From: Priapulus caudatus | Taxonomy: Eukaryota | Length of the DNA stretch: 53,585 nt | Assembly: GCF_000485595.1 (NCBI RefSeq) | Contig: NW_014577062.1 | Location: 1,627,293 to 1,680,877, forward strand | Direction of reading: 5' to 3' | Shown: one piece after another, positions 14,648 to 25,400 of the stretch | How positions within the stretch are numbered: position 1 is the stretch's first letter | How the letters are laid out: the number at the start of each line of letters is the position of its first letter | Notes under the pieces: generated by a model | Seen by the model: only the letters and a program-made list of their open reading frames with translations | Database searches by the model: none | Told to the model about the DNA's origin: nothing | Translations under genes and position numbers: made by a program

Positions 14648-16738
14648 TCTCTCTCTCGTGACGCTCGGACATTGCATGCATGAAATAATGCAAACGTTTC
14701 CGCGACGAATAACGAAGCTCTATACGTACGAACGACGCGAACTGATGACTCATGTCATTACGTGCACACACGCCGAAGAAATGTGCGTGTCTGCGAGTAA
14801 AGATGCGCGCTATGTGATGATTCCAACCTGCTATCTTTCAGCCTGTTCTGCTAGCATCTATGACAAATACGACATACGCATATACGCTCTACTATGACAC
14901 TATTTGCCATAGGAAGATTATTGTTGTATGTTTTGTGCGCATTATAGGAGTTTAGGAGCGCTATTATGAACGCAAGCAGCGAATTTCAGAGGAACGAGTT
15001 TGACTCGCCAATATTTGTCATAGGAAGAATCTTCCTATGGCATATAGTATCATTGGAGAGCGTATATGAGTATGTCGCATTTGTCATAGATGCTAGCAGA
15101 ACAGTTGTATTTTTCCAGGGGATCGGCGGCGCGCGGCGTGTCGGCGATGCAAAGCCGACCATAAAACTCATCGCGCGCGCGCCGAACAAGCCGCCGATTG
15201 AGCGCACCTCGGAAATGTCGTGTTTCTGCCGCGCGATTGTTCGTGTTTATTACCGCCGCGCGGTGGGACAGACATCGTATTCTCGCGGCGCGGCAGTAAA
15301 GCCGCCGCACCAGCTTTACGACGTCTACATTCACGTGTTCACGATGTGCGGACGTCGCCCCCACGGGCCGGCGACTACGACGACGATGATGACGATGATG
15401 ATGGCGACGGCAACGATAACGACGACGAGGACGAGCATGATGATGAAGACGACGAAAATAACGCCGGAAACGATGACGGGGATGACGACGACAGTGACGC
15501 GGACGATGATGACGACGGCGAAGAAAACGCCGGCGACGGTGACGACGACGACGATGACGATGACGACGACAACATGGCGGGCAAAATGCGCCACACACGT
15601 CTCTGCGCAGCACATGTCGCCTGCGTCAGTGGCTATCTGTCGCAGGGACGCGCGGCTGCGCAAAATGACACCTGTTGCGCTTGTCGTTGCGCCACCTGTA
15701 TTACGTAGCGGTGCTCAGCGGTTTCTACAATGATGTCAATTAAAATAGGCGAAAGTGGCGCTGATACGAACGAAGTTGCATAAACGAACCCAAAAAACAC
15801 GTTAAGTGCTTTGTGTTTATACATATTACGATAATCTTTTAATTCTAAATGAATACCTATCAATTACATACTATTAATCATATATGATTGGAAATGTCAC
15901 TTTGCTAGAATAGTCGTAAACCCGTGCTTTTTAATTGAATATATAGAGTCAGATTGCTTTACATTAAGACCTTCTCTCACGCTCCCTCATTGCTGTTCCA
16001 CGTGCAATGTACGATCCCATATATGCTACGGCACATATAAGTTAAAAGCATATAATACAAATCGCGGGTTGGGCAATATGGCATCACGTTGCGTTGCCGC
16101 CTTGCAGTCATTGCCCCCCTCGTTTCTACGCAACACGAATTAGCACAGCTGCGTTAAGCAGATCCGCGCCTAATGCGGGCATGAATTAAAACGAGTCGTA
16201 AAGTTTTACGGCCATTTTAATGCGCCGTAGCAATTACCTGCCGTACAGGTGTGCATTACTATGTGCGCGGCTTTGGTCTATATCGCCTACACAATCTCTC
16301 AGCGATCTTAGCGATACAGCGACAGCAGTTAGCAGCTCGTAATGCGCGGGTCAGCAGCGATCCCCAGCTATCGTCAGCATCGCAACGCGTTGCCATGCAA
16401 CCAGCGACTGGACAGCGGCTGCCAAATGGAAAATATTTATGCGTTAGTGCGTGGTTTATCATGGCCGCTTGCGCACAGTTTACAATTTGCCGCTTGCAAA
16501 GTTAGCACGAGAGCGACGCATACGGTTCGCTGCTTCGTCTATCCAGCTGGCAAAAAGCCGATCGCAAGTTTTTACACAAAAAAGTAACACGCGAGGTTAG
16601 CACGCATTTGCAAACTATCGTAGCCAGAACTGTTTTGTTCACACGCCTATAGTACTTCCGAAATCTGCGCAATTGATCTAGCTGACATGCTTCGTGTAAA
16701 TAACATACCATTATATATAGAATATATATATATATAGG

Positions 16739-16774
<36 letters not shown>

Positions 16775-17842
16775 TATACCAGAGGCAAATAATCTCAAAT
16801 GATCTGGCTTTGATATTATTCACATCTGACATATATATATATATATACATATAATAACATGTATGACGTATAAGTGCAACTAACTGTTGAATGATAAATT
16901 TAAAAATTGTAAAACGAAACTATAACCGACTCGTTTGCGAATTTAAGACAGTCATAAGGCTTATCATGTTGTAGCTCTTCTATTTCAGTTTTAACAATTG
17001 AAACTTGTGGATATATATATTTCTAGTATATATATGAGTGAGTGAGAGTGGAGTAGAGTAGTGAGGGGTAGTAGGTGAGTAGTGAGTGATTAAGGTGAGG
17101 TAGGTAGTATGAAGTAGTGAGTGGAGAGTAGTGAATAGGGTAGGGAAGGAGGTGAGTAATAGGTGAGGGTTAGGGGGTATATATATAATATATATATCAT
17201 ATATTACGTGCGTGCAGTGGCTGCGTGCGTTGCGTGCGTGCGTGGCAGTGCGTTCGTTCGTGCGTGCGTGGCAGGTCGCAGTTGCGGTGCGTCGCTGCTG
17301 CTGCTCGCCTGTGTGTGCTGTGTGTGCTTGTGTAGCCCTCAAGCCACTTCGTGTGTGTGTGTGTGTGTGTGTATGTGTGTGTGTAAAAGATCTAAAGCTT
17401 GCTAGCGTGGCCGCGTGCACAGTGCGGCACAGCGTACGACTTTTCCACTGTCGGCCATCTTGTTACATGGTCGGAGAGTCATACCGGAGGCGTATGGGCT
17501 AAGTCTAGCGTTTGTTGAAGCGCACAGTATGGTCACGCGCATGTTTACGACGCGAAATACGGCAGCCTAAGTCGCCGACGCTACTAGTTGCTGTTTGAGT
17601 CGAGACCGTCGTTCGCGGCGTTTGGGCACAGACATGCGTCCGTGCGTGTAAAAACGCGCGTTTATGTGGTGCGTGCGTTCATGTTTCTGTGCGTGCATGC
17701 GCGCGTAGGTACACACGTACGCGCGTGTTGTGTGTGCGTGCATGCGTGCGTGTAAAAACGCGCGTTCATGTGTGCGTACGAACGTGCGCGCGTTCATGCT
17801 TCTGTGCGTGCATGCGCGCGTATGTACATACGTACGCGCGTG

Positions 17843-17901
<59 letters not shown>

Positions 17902-19007
17902 TGCGTGGGTGCGTGCATGTCTGTTCGCGGCAATCTGCTTGTCACCGTCCTGGCAGCCGTAACAGATCTACGACGTACAGACCCAGCCGCCTCTCCGTCC
18001 CGGCGTGTACGAAGCTCGGCTCCCTGAACGCTAACAAAGCATTTTTCGTTAAGTAGAGGTTCTAAATTCTGCAATTGCTGTATCCACTGCGGCATGCATA
18101 ATGTAGCGATGCCGTTTTCCCCACCTCTCCAGCGTGAGTCGTACCGGCGGTTCTACGATGCACGCATGTCTAGGGGCGAAATCTCGCCCTGCAGCACAGG
18201 CGGCCGGTCATTCCTGAGCCGGGCCCCTCCGCCGGGCCATGCTTCTCACTACTGCCTAATAAGAACAATCAATCCGTGCGCAATTTTCTACTGTCGAACG
18301 GAGAAAAAAACGTAAAAATTAATATTAACGTAGAACGAAAAAAATCACGTAAGTGTTCTGAGGAGTAACAGGTGAAATTACCGGCCTAGCGAGCGTGCGG
18401 GGTAAGAGGTGTTCGCGCGGTAGCGTCGTGTATAGGCGGCCGCCGGAATGTAGCGAGGCTGTTTGCAACACTCGCGCACGCGCGGTCTCTCGTTCGCTCC
18501 ACGTCAAGGAGAAGGCCGACGTCAGTCTTTCATTGACGCTACCGCTTCTTTGATCGTTATATAGGCCGGCATCTGCGACGGATCCTTTCCAACGCAGCGA
18601 GCGTGCGCTTCGTTGCAACCAGCTGTAAAAATTCGCGTGACGAGACAACACGTGTGTAGCAGATTGGCGAATAATACTTTTATCCGATAGATAGGAGAGG
18701 CTACTGATTTTCTCGGAGAGTAAAATACGACACGCCGAATCACGAAATACTGCTCCAGTTACGTCATCATTAAAAGCAATCACGTGGTTTCTATAGGCAT
18801 CATTGCGGTGGCATTTTCAAATTGCTTACCAATCTCCAACAATGATTCTAAACTGTTAATGCTCAAGACATGTCACTTTCTCTTTCCGCGTGTGTCAGTG
18901 ATTGCAGCGTTGCAGTTTCCGCTATTTATTGCGACAGTTTATATTAATAAAAATGCTCGGCTAAACAGCACGTGGAAAATTACATTCCAGTGCATGTTAA
19001 CTCTTTG

Positions 19008-19075
<68 letters not shown>

Positions 19076-20023
19076 TGTGTGTGGGGGGGGGGGCGTGCGT
19101 GCGTGCGTATGTGTTAGTAATAATACAGCTCCTCCTAGCATTTCACGGGGAATGGTTGATCGCGCCTGCTTAGTATCAGCGTCTGTGTGCCAGGTCTTGT
19201 CGCCTGCAAACCGCCTCGGGGCTGACGCCATATTGGATCAAATAACAAACTCTCTCCCTATTTCGTCAACTCTATCAGCTGATGATTTCACACATGTAAC
19301 TGTATAACAAGAGGATGGGTAGACGAAAAATATCTACGAGTATCTACAGTATCTAAATTGTTCCGGTAAGTGTATGCGTATGAAACATTTCAATCGTGAC
19401 GGCTATTACGCGACGTAATACATGCATAAATAAGTAATTAGTGCGATCATAATTTTAACTTCCGAGTCGTAAAATTATTGCAAACTTGCCAATTCACTAA
19501 AGAGGATGCAGGACAAGTAGCTGATGTAGACTATTCCAAAATGAGCAAAGCCGCGTTGTGTTGGGGCAATGAGGCTGGCACGAACCCTTCCTGTTCACTG
19601 ACCGCCTTTACCCTTTGTGACTACCGTCGGTCAAACTATTGTTCTTGATACCGTGAGGAATCGCTGTTTGGTGGTACTGTCTCGTCTCACCTCTGCCAGT
19701 CTCGAACGCGAGAACACCACGGATAATAAAGAAGGGAGGCGTCGAGTTGCGAGTCACACCCAGTTAACCCGCGCACAGAATTCACAGCACGTTGGCAACA
19801 CGTTTCAAACGCAGAAATGTATTCACACTAAATCATGGAAGGTGCGGACCGGGGCGGAGTGATGCCAGCAGCAATAGCAGCAAGCGGTTACTAGTAGACG
19901 AATACGAGATTTCACTATCACGTCATAGAGAGCGAGAGAGGGGGAAAAAGAGAGAGAGAAAGAGAGAAAGAGAGCGAGAGAGAGAGAGCAAGAGAGAGCG
20001 AGCGAGCGAGCGAGAGAGAGAGC

Positions 20024-20100
<77 letters not shown>

Positions 20101-23100
20101 GGGAGGGGGGAGGAAGAGGCAGCGAGAAATTGTAATGTTACGTAAACATTAGAGTAAAATTAACACGGTAACGCACTAAAATAATTTAATCAGGTAACTT
20201 AGTTATAGTTACTTATTAGTAGTTTATTTTAGTATAATCTCCGCCGTATCTTCCCATAGTGTATGAAATCATTATGACAAAGCGGAATAGGTTTTCTGTG
20301 AATTTCATTGCTGTCAATTGCATTCGACTATATCAGGAGTTAATAATGACAAATTTGTCATTATTAACTCCTGATTATATTCGAATGCCCGTACGTGCAA
20401 GTGTGTATATGTATGTATGCGCGTATAAGTGTATGTCTATAAATGTGAATTGGCGTGGGGTTTGGTGGAGTGCAATGTGATGGGTGTGGTAGTATGTGGT
20501 CGGATGAGGTGGTGTAGGATTTGTGTGCGGTAGAGTGTGGTGCGATTGATGCGATATGGTAGGTTTGGATAGAGCGATATCGAAGATGATTGAAGGAAGT
20601 GAAGTATCATAGGGTGGCAGTGGGTTGACTATAGCGGGAAACATTGGAATGAAGTGGAGTAGGGTGAGCTAGGGCGAGTTAGGCACGCGATAGGTGTGGT
20701 GTTTAACTATGCCTGTGGCGTAAACGTTGAAGATGACCGTGGCGTGAACGTTGACGATGACCGTGGCGTGAACGTTGACGATGACCGTGGCGTGAACGTT
20801 GACGATGGCCGTGACGGCAACATTGACGATGACCGTGGCGTGAACGCTGGCCGACGGCGCTCAGATGTGGCGTGCGGTCGCCGGCGGTTGTTTGCATGAA
20901 GCGGACATGGTTGGCGCGGATGTAGGCACTAACAAGATTGTTAGCAGCAGATGCATGGCCCGCGGTGCCTCCACGCTACATGAAACTCAACCCGGCGCCA
21001 CCGCCTGCTTACCGTAAAGTTTGCACAAATAAAGTAGGCACTGCCAGTCGCTGCAAGTTACAGTTCACGCCAGCGAAACAGGATTTTTATTATTCTTAAA
21101 TGTAAATAATCAATAATTATTATATTTAAATTTTAATTACCATTTAATATTCAAAATGCACATAATATATACATATAATGGATGGAAGAAATTATTATTA
21201 TTACATTATGCAAGCAATGAATGTATCCGGTTTATTCGGTATTCAATAACAAGTTTATTCTTATTGTTAGTATTATTAACCTCAGTTAAAACATGATTTA
21301 GACGACAGCTACACAGTAATTTTTCAGTTTATAAATGGAATGAAATAGAAACCAGCTTTTCTACCAAGAAATCCAGCCATGATGCAAAGCATGCAGTTCA
21401 CGACAGACCATACCATGCGTGCGCTCAACTGTCCAGCGTATGCCCATACATAACCTGCGTGGCCTACAAACTCGAAAAGGCCAAAACGCATAATTTACCG
21501 CCGTTATAGTAATTATATATATACAGTGATTACCGACTGTTTACTGTATCTTCGTACGTGTCTATTGTAGTTATTTCGGGTGGTAGTAGTAAGACGCCCT
21601 TGCGTACAACCGCTGTTACAGGTATATAATTACTCTAACCGATTCGAGATACGGACGCACCTGGCGAGAAAATCGTCGCGATAGGTTGGGTAGCCTCAAT
21701 CGAAACAGCTGCTTAATAGCGATGGGAGCGTCCGCAGCGCCACCCTGTACCCCACGGATAATGTCACCACGATGACGTTTCATATTGTGATGTCACGGGC
21801 TCGAGGTGATTGCACGCGCGCACACATACGTGCGTGCACGTATGCACGTACGCGCGCACACATAGGCATGCACTATTTACGAGGCAAGGGCCGTGCGGCA
21901 CGTCTGGCAGTGTGTGGTTTGCAACTAATGTCGTGTTATCGGCTGCCGCAGCGGCGGGCTGGAGGCATGATGTGCTACGCGCAGACGCCAACGCTCGACG
22001 CCTAGCATAAACTGTTTATATCGGGACTCTATCGCAAACCACTTAATCGCCTATCCGATTAAACATATAAATAAATATTTCCAAACACACGCGGATTGGT
22101 GAGAGGGTGCCGATTGTTCGCCCATCATCAGTAAGGAACGCCGTACGCCGTGATTTGCTCGATTATCGACAAATGTTTTTGTCGGCCTGCTGCATGACTG
22201 ACCCTAGATGGATGCGATAACGCGTCGTCATTCCGCTTAGCGTCGTCAGGTGGCGCCTGCCTACAACGCGGTGTATTATTCTGCTATATACGTATTCAAA
22301 ACCAGGCATCAGAAACTACCTATGAGAAGGCAGAGAGAGAGAGAGAGAGTTGAGAAAATATGAAAACGGTTGTTAAAAACATGAGAAATCCTCGCTTTAA
22401 GAAGCCGAGGTGGCGCTATAGTCACTATGGGGAAAAGTCCACTGGTAAAATGTACAGGGAATTGCGACGTTTGCTGTCACGTACCCCTAGCATGCGCCTT
22501 GCAATAGCCGAAGATCGCAAAAACATGACTGACGACCAACAAACCAAATAAGTCTGAAAATTAGTGTTAATCTGTTGATTTTTCTCATTGATCGGATCTC
22601 TATACACTGCGTGTGAGGAACTCGTAACTTTACCAATGTCGTTCAACGGTCTATGAGAAAAAGGCAATGTTAATTTTTGACTCAGGGTTTGACTCACTTT
22701 AAAGGTTTGACTCAACGTTATAGCATAGAGTATTCAGTTGTACAGGATAACGGCGAGAGAGACGCTGCTCCGGAACAGAGAAACCAACATTCTGGTCCTA
22801 GATATGACTAGGAATCACTCGTTTAGGGTTAGGAATACGGGTACATGGATTAATCTGGCGGTGGGATGGGTTAAAACTCGATCAAATAAAACTCATCGCG
22901 TGTTTCTTACGCGGCATGAAGGTAGTGGCAAGATCGTTGCAGAGACTCCCAGGATCGGTCTGCGTTAGACTCGTAAGATCCAATAAAAAAGCGCTAACGA
23001 GAGACATAGATGAGACTATCCGCATTGATGCCTGCATGGCGAATAGCAAGCGTTCTGCTACATGGCGCTCTGTCTGTACTCACGCGCTCGTGCATTCTCC

Positions 23101-23283
23101 GTGTTGCAGACGGTGGAGGAGAACATGGAGGTGGAGTGTAAATGCCACGGCGTGAGCGGATCCTGTGAGCTGAAGACATGCTGGCGAGCCATGCCCACGT
23201 TCAGGGAGGTGGGCTTCCTACTCAAAGAGAAGTTCGACGGAGCCACAGAGGTTGGTAATCTCTCTTTCTTTTTCCCTTCTATT

Positions 23284-23324
<41 letters not shown>

Positions 23325-23449
23325 TCCGTCTCTCTCTTCTCTCTCTCTCCTCTTCTCTCTCTCGTCTCTCTCTCTCTCTGCTCTCTCTCTCTCTCTCTCT
23401 TGCCCTCTTGATATCTCTCTCTCTCTCTCTCTCTCTCTCGTCATCTCTC

Positions 23450-23486
<37 letters not shown>

Positions 23487-23832
23487 TCTCTCATCTCTAA
23501 TCCCTTGTTCTCTGTCTCGCTCTCGTTCTACGGTCCTCTCTCTCTCCTCTTTCTCTCTTCTCTCTCTCTCGCTTTCGCGCGTGCTCTTCTATAATTTTCT
23601 TTCATTTTATATCTTCTGGAGTGTGCGCAAGATGCTGCATGTCCGATGGCCCTATACCGCGCTTCGAACCAAAACGTGTTCTTTCCATTTATGCGCCTTG
23701 TATAGCTGACGGTATATGCCACCTTCCATATAGCTGACGCGCGTACTACGATAAATATATAAATAAATAATTAAATATATATATATGCGTGTGTGTGTGT
23801 GTGTGTGTGTGTTGTGTGTGTGTGTGTGTGTG

Positions 23833-23902
<70 letters not shown>

Positions 23903-25144
23903 CATCCGGTCGGCTGTTATTGTGTTTGTATAGGTGCAGGAGAGGGAGAGAGGCAGTCGTCGCGTACTCGCCCCTCTCAACCCTCACTTCAAGCCACACA
24001 CCGACCACGACCTCGTATACCTCGAATCGTCGCCTGACTTCTGCGAGCCAAACCCGAGTATAGGTAAGTACAGCACGCTCGTACAGACCGCAGTATGGCC
24101 ACTGGGCGCCTTTTCACACGTGATTTACACATCGACGCGCGTCGGCGCAGCCATTGTTCCCCGAAACAAACCTGGCATCGCTTTTTTTCCTCGACGTGAC
24201 GGTTATGTAGGGTATATATCGTCGTATAGGCAGCAACTCGATTGGCTGCTCTCGTAGTTACCGGAATTCTACGTCTTAATTTCCGTATGGACGCTCAATA
24301 TATGCGACGGAAGTTATGAGTTAGGCCAAGGGTACGGTTCCGGATTGTGGCGACGTAACCCTACTACAAACATGTGCAGAACAATGAAACTAGCTCTACC
24401 CAGCAGCGTGCCTTTTATAAAAAATAAAATATGTAACGGTTTAATACGCTATGCATTGTAATATAGAAACGCTATATTATATATTGTAATGTCGCGCAAT
24501 AATGGAATCACTAGCAAATCCGTGTAAATTATCTTGAGCATTGTTAATAAGTGGCGAAACGCCCCCGTAATTTGCCATTTTTAACGCCTAAACTTTTTAA
24601 ACAGTTGCCTAATTGTTGCTTAACAGCTAAACAGTTTATATCGCATTATTTTGTAATTTGTTTAAAAATCAATTAATTACATGTCGCAACAGAAAGAAAC
24701 CCACGTGGGTCGTAGCTTTAAAGAGATGTCAAGGGATGTTTATGACGAGTTCGTTTATGATTCGGTTCATTTTAAATTGAGTACATTTTCAGTATTTCGG
24801 AAGTCGAATTTTTTTAGCAAAATTACATTATTGCTTATGCTAAACATTTAGCTAAGTAAATTAAACCTGAAAATGATTAACGCCCTTCTGCACGGCAAGG
24901 CACGCATGCATTTCACGCGTGTGATTATGAACTATTATTGCCGACAGGTTCGCTTGGAACGCAGGGGCGGCGTTGCAACAAGACCTCTAAAGCCATCGAC
25001 GGCTGCGAGTTGATGTGCTGCGGCCGCGGTCACGCCATCAAGCGGCGAACAGTGGTCGAACGCTGTCACTGCAAGTTCTACTGGTGCTGCTTCGTCAAGT
25101 GCAAGGAATGCACGAAGGAGGTGGACGACTACTTCTGCGAGTAA
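3056..25144 (+). CDS. Wnt4: Wnt4 gene, 5'-partial; coding exons 3056-3291, 7082-7355, 23110-23250, 23934-24063, 24948-25144
   Basis: Exons join through GT-AG introns with matching phases (after correcting exon 3 indels) into a Wnt protein. Wnt4-type motifs: [80 protein letters not shown]. Signal-peptide exon not located in the window. Confidence 0.93.
6270..7062. repeat. Minisatellite of 12/24-bp units (TTTACGCGCGTGTTTACGTGTTTA) with a ~120-bp higher-order duplication, split by the 6672-7024 element
   Basis: Units read directly at 6340-6670 and 7025-7062. Confidence 0.8.
6672..7024. mobile_element. Non-autonomous TIR DNA element (CAGGGTTCGTAG...CTATGAACCCTG) with 5-bp TSD TGTTT, hAT5-like
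   Basis: 12-bp TIR with 1 mismatch; TGTTT at 6667-6671 and 7025-7029; repeated subterminal CTTATAAGT(A/C)CTTATTT-type motifs; interrupts a tandem repeat that resumes after it. Confidence 0.8.
7082..7355 (+). CDS. Wnt4: Wnt4 exon 3 ([35 protein letters not shown]...[13 protein letters not shown]...LMNLHNNNAGRM, reconstructed) with about 5 single-base frameshifts
   Basis: Acceptor tttgcag ends at 7081, donor gtaagt at 7356. Wnt motifs are split across the frames of ORFs 6961-7143, 7040-7327 and 7068-7394. Indels near 7090, 7127, 7200, 7319 and 7339. Confidence 0.9.
7580..8030. repeat. (GT)n degenerate microsatellite
   Basis: Read directly. Confidence 0.95.
8026..11165 (+). repeat. ~3.1 kb direct duplication, copy 1 (Wnt4 intron)
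   Basis: Collinear with 11792-14796 from gtatgtgcgtttgtgcgtgaacg to gaaatgtgcgt...tgcgag; differences are mostly 1-bp indels. Confidence 0.92.
11167..11508. other. Assembly gap (N run)
   Basis: Run of N; other gaps at 44639-45061, 48487-48496, 50791-50800 and single Ns at 43232, 47269, 51583. Confidence 0.99.
11792..14796 (+). repeat. ~3.0 kb direct duplication, copy 2
   Basis: Collinear with 8026-11165; separated from it by N gap 11167-11508 and a GT repeat. Confidence 0.92.
14843..15104. mobile_element. MITE-like element with ~77-bp terminal inverted repeats
   Basis: ctgttctgctagcatctatgacaaat...ccataggaagatt (14843-14919) is the reverse complement, with a few mismatches, of aatcttcctatgg...gatgctagcagaacag (15028-15104). 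TSD not clear. Confidence 0.75.
15372..15572. repeat. Degenerate (GAC/GAT)n trinucleotide repeat
   Basis: Produces poly-Asp/Thr/Ser ORFs in several frames; intronic. Confidence 0.8.
19927..20097. repeat. (GA)n microsatellite
   Basis: Read directly. Confidence 0.95.
20715..20848. repeat. 24-bp tandem repeat (GACCGTGGCGTGAACGTTGACGAT), about 5.5 units
   Basis: Units read directly; explains ORF 20696-20899 (DDDRGVNV repeats). Confidence 0.85.
23110..23250 (+). CDS. Wnt4: Wnt4 exon 4 ([47 protein letters not shown]), includes the palmitoleoylated-Ser motif
   Basis: Acceptor gttgcag ends at 23109, donor gttggt at 23251; 141 nt, phase 0/0; Wnt signature [10 protein letters not shown]. Confidence 0.95.
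23260..23575. repeat. (CT)n microsatellite directly after Wnt4 exon 4
   Basis: Read directly. Confidence 0.95.
23788..23895. repeat. (GT)n microsatellite just before Wnt4 exon 5
   Basis: Read directly. Confidence 0.95.
23934..24063 (+). CDS. Wnt4: Wnt4 exon 5 ([43 protein letters not shown])
   Basis: Acceptor tgtatag ends at 23933, donor gtaagt at 24064; 130 nt; DLVYL..SPDFC motif. Confidence 0.95.
24948..25144 (+). CDS. Wnt4: Wnt4 last coding exon ([65 protein letters not shown])
   Basis: Acceptor cgacag ends at 24947; cysteine-rich Wnt C-terminus; TAA at 25142-25144. Confidence 0.96.
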
Positions 25145-25197
25145 ACTCCGGCAGGCCTTAACTTACACTACTGGGTTTACTACACTAGCTGTTTACA

Positions 25198-25400
25198 CTA
25201 CCGACTTTGTTTTGGCGAATTGGCGAATTGGACCAACTTCCCAACTATACAACTGACAATCGGCAAACGCAAACGTTGCGCGACCAACCGATCGATAGCA
25301 ACTAGTTGGGAGATTAGAACATGTTCTATTTTCGCTAACTCGAAGTTGGCGAATTGGGATGTTGGTCCAACCCGCCAATTCGCCAACATAAAGTCGGTAG
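25198..25400. mobile_element. Palindromic MITE-like element in the Wnt4 3' UTR region
   Basis: ctaccgactttgttttggcgaattggcgaattggaccaacttcccaa (from 25198) pairs with ttgggatgttggtccaacccgccaattcgccaacataaagtcggtag (to 25400); ~47-bp arms with few mismatches. Confidence 0.75.

Noticed and set aside
14966..15733. 255-aa and overlapping acidic ORFs in the Wnt4 intron
   Set aside because: Made of a MITE arm plus a GAC/GAT repeat; open in many frames, with no domain or splice support.
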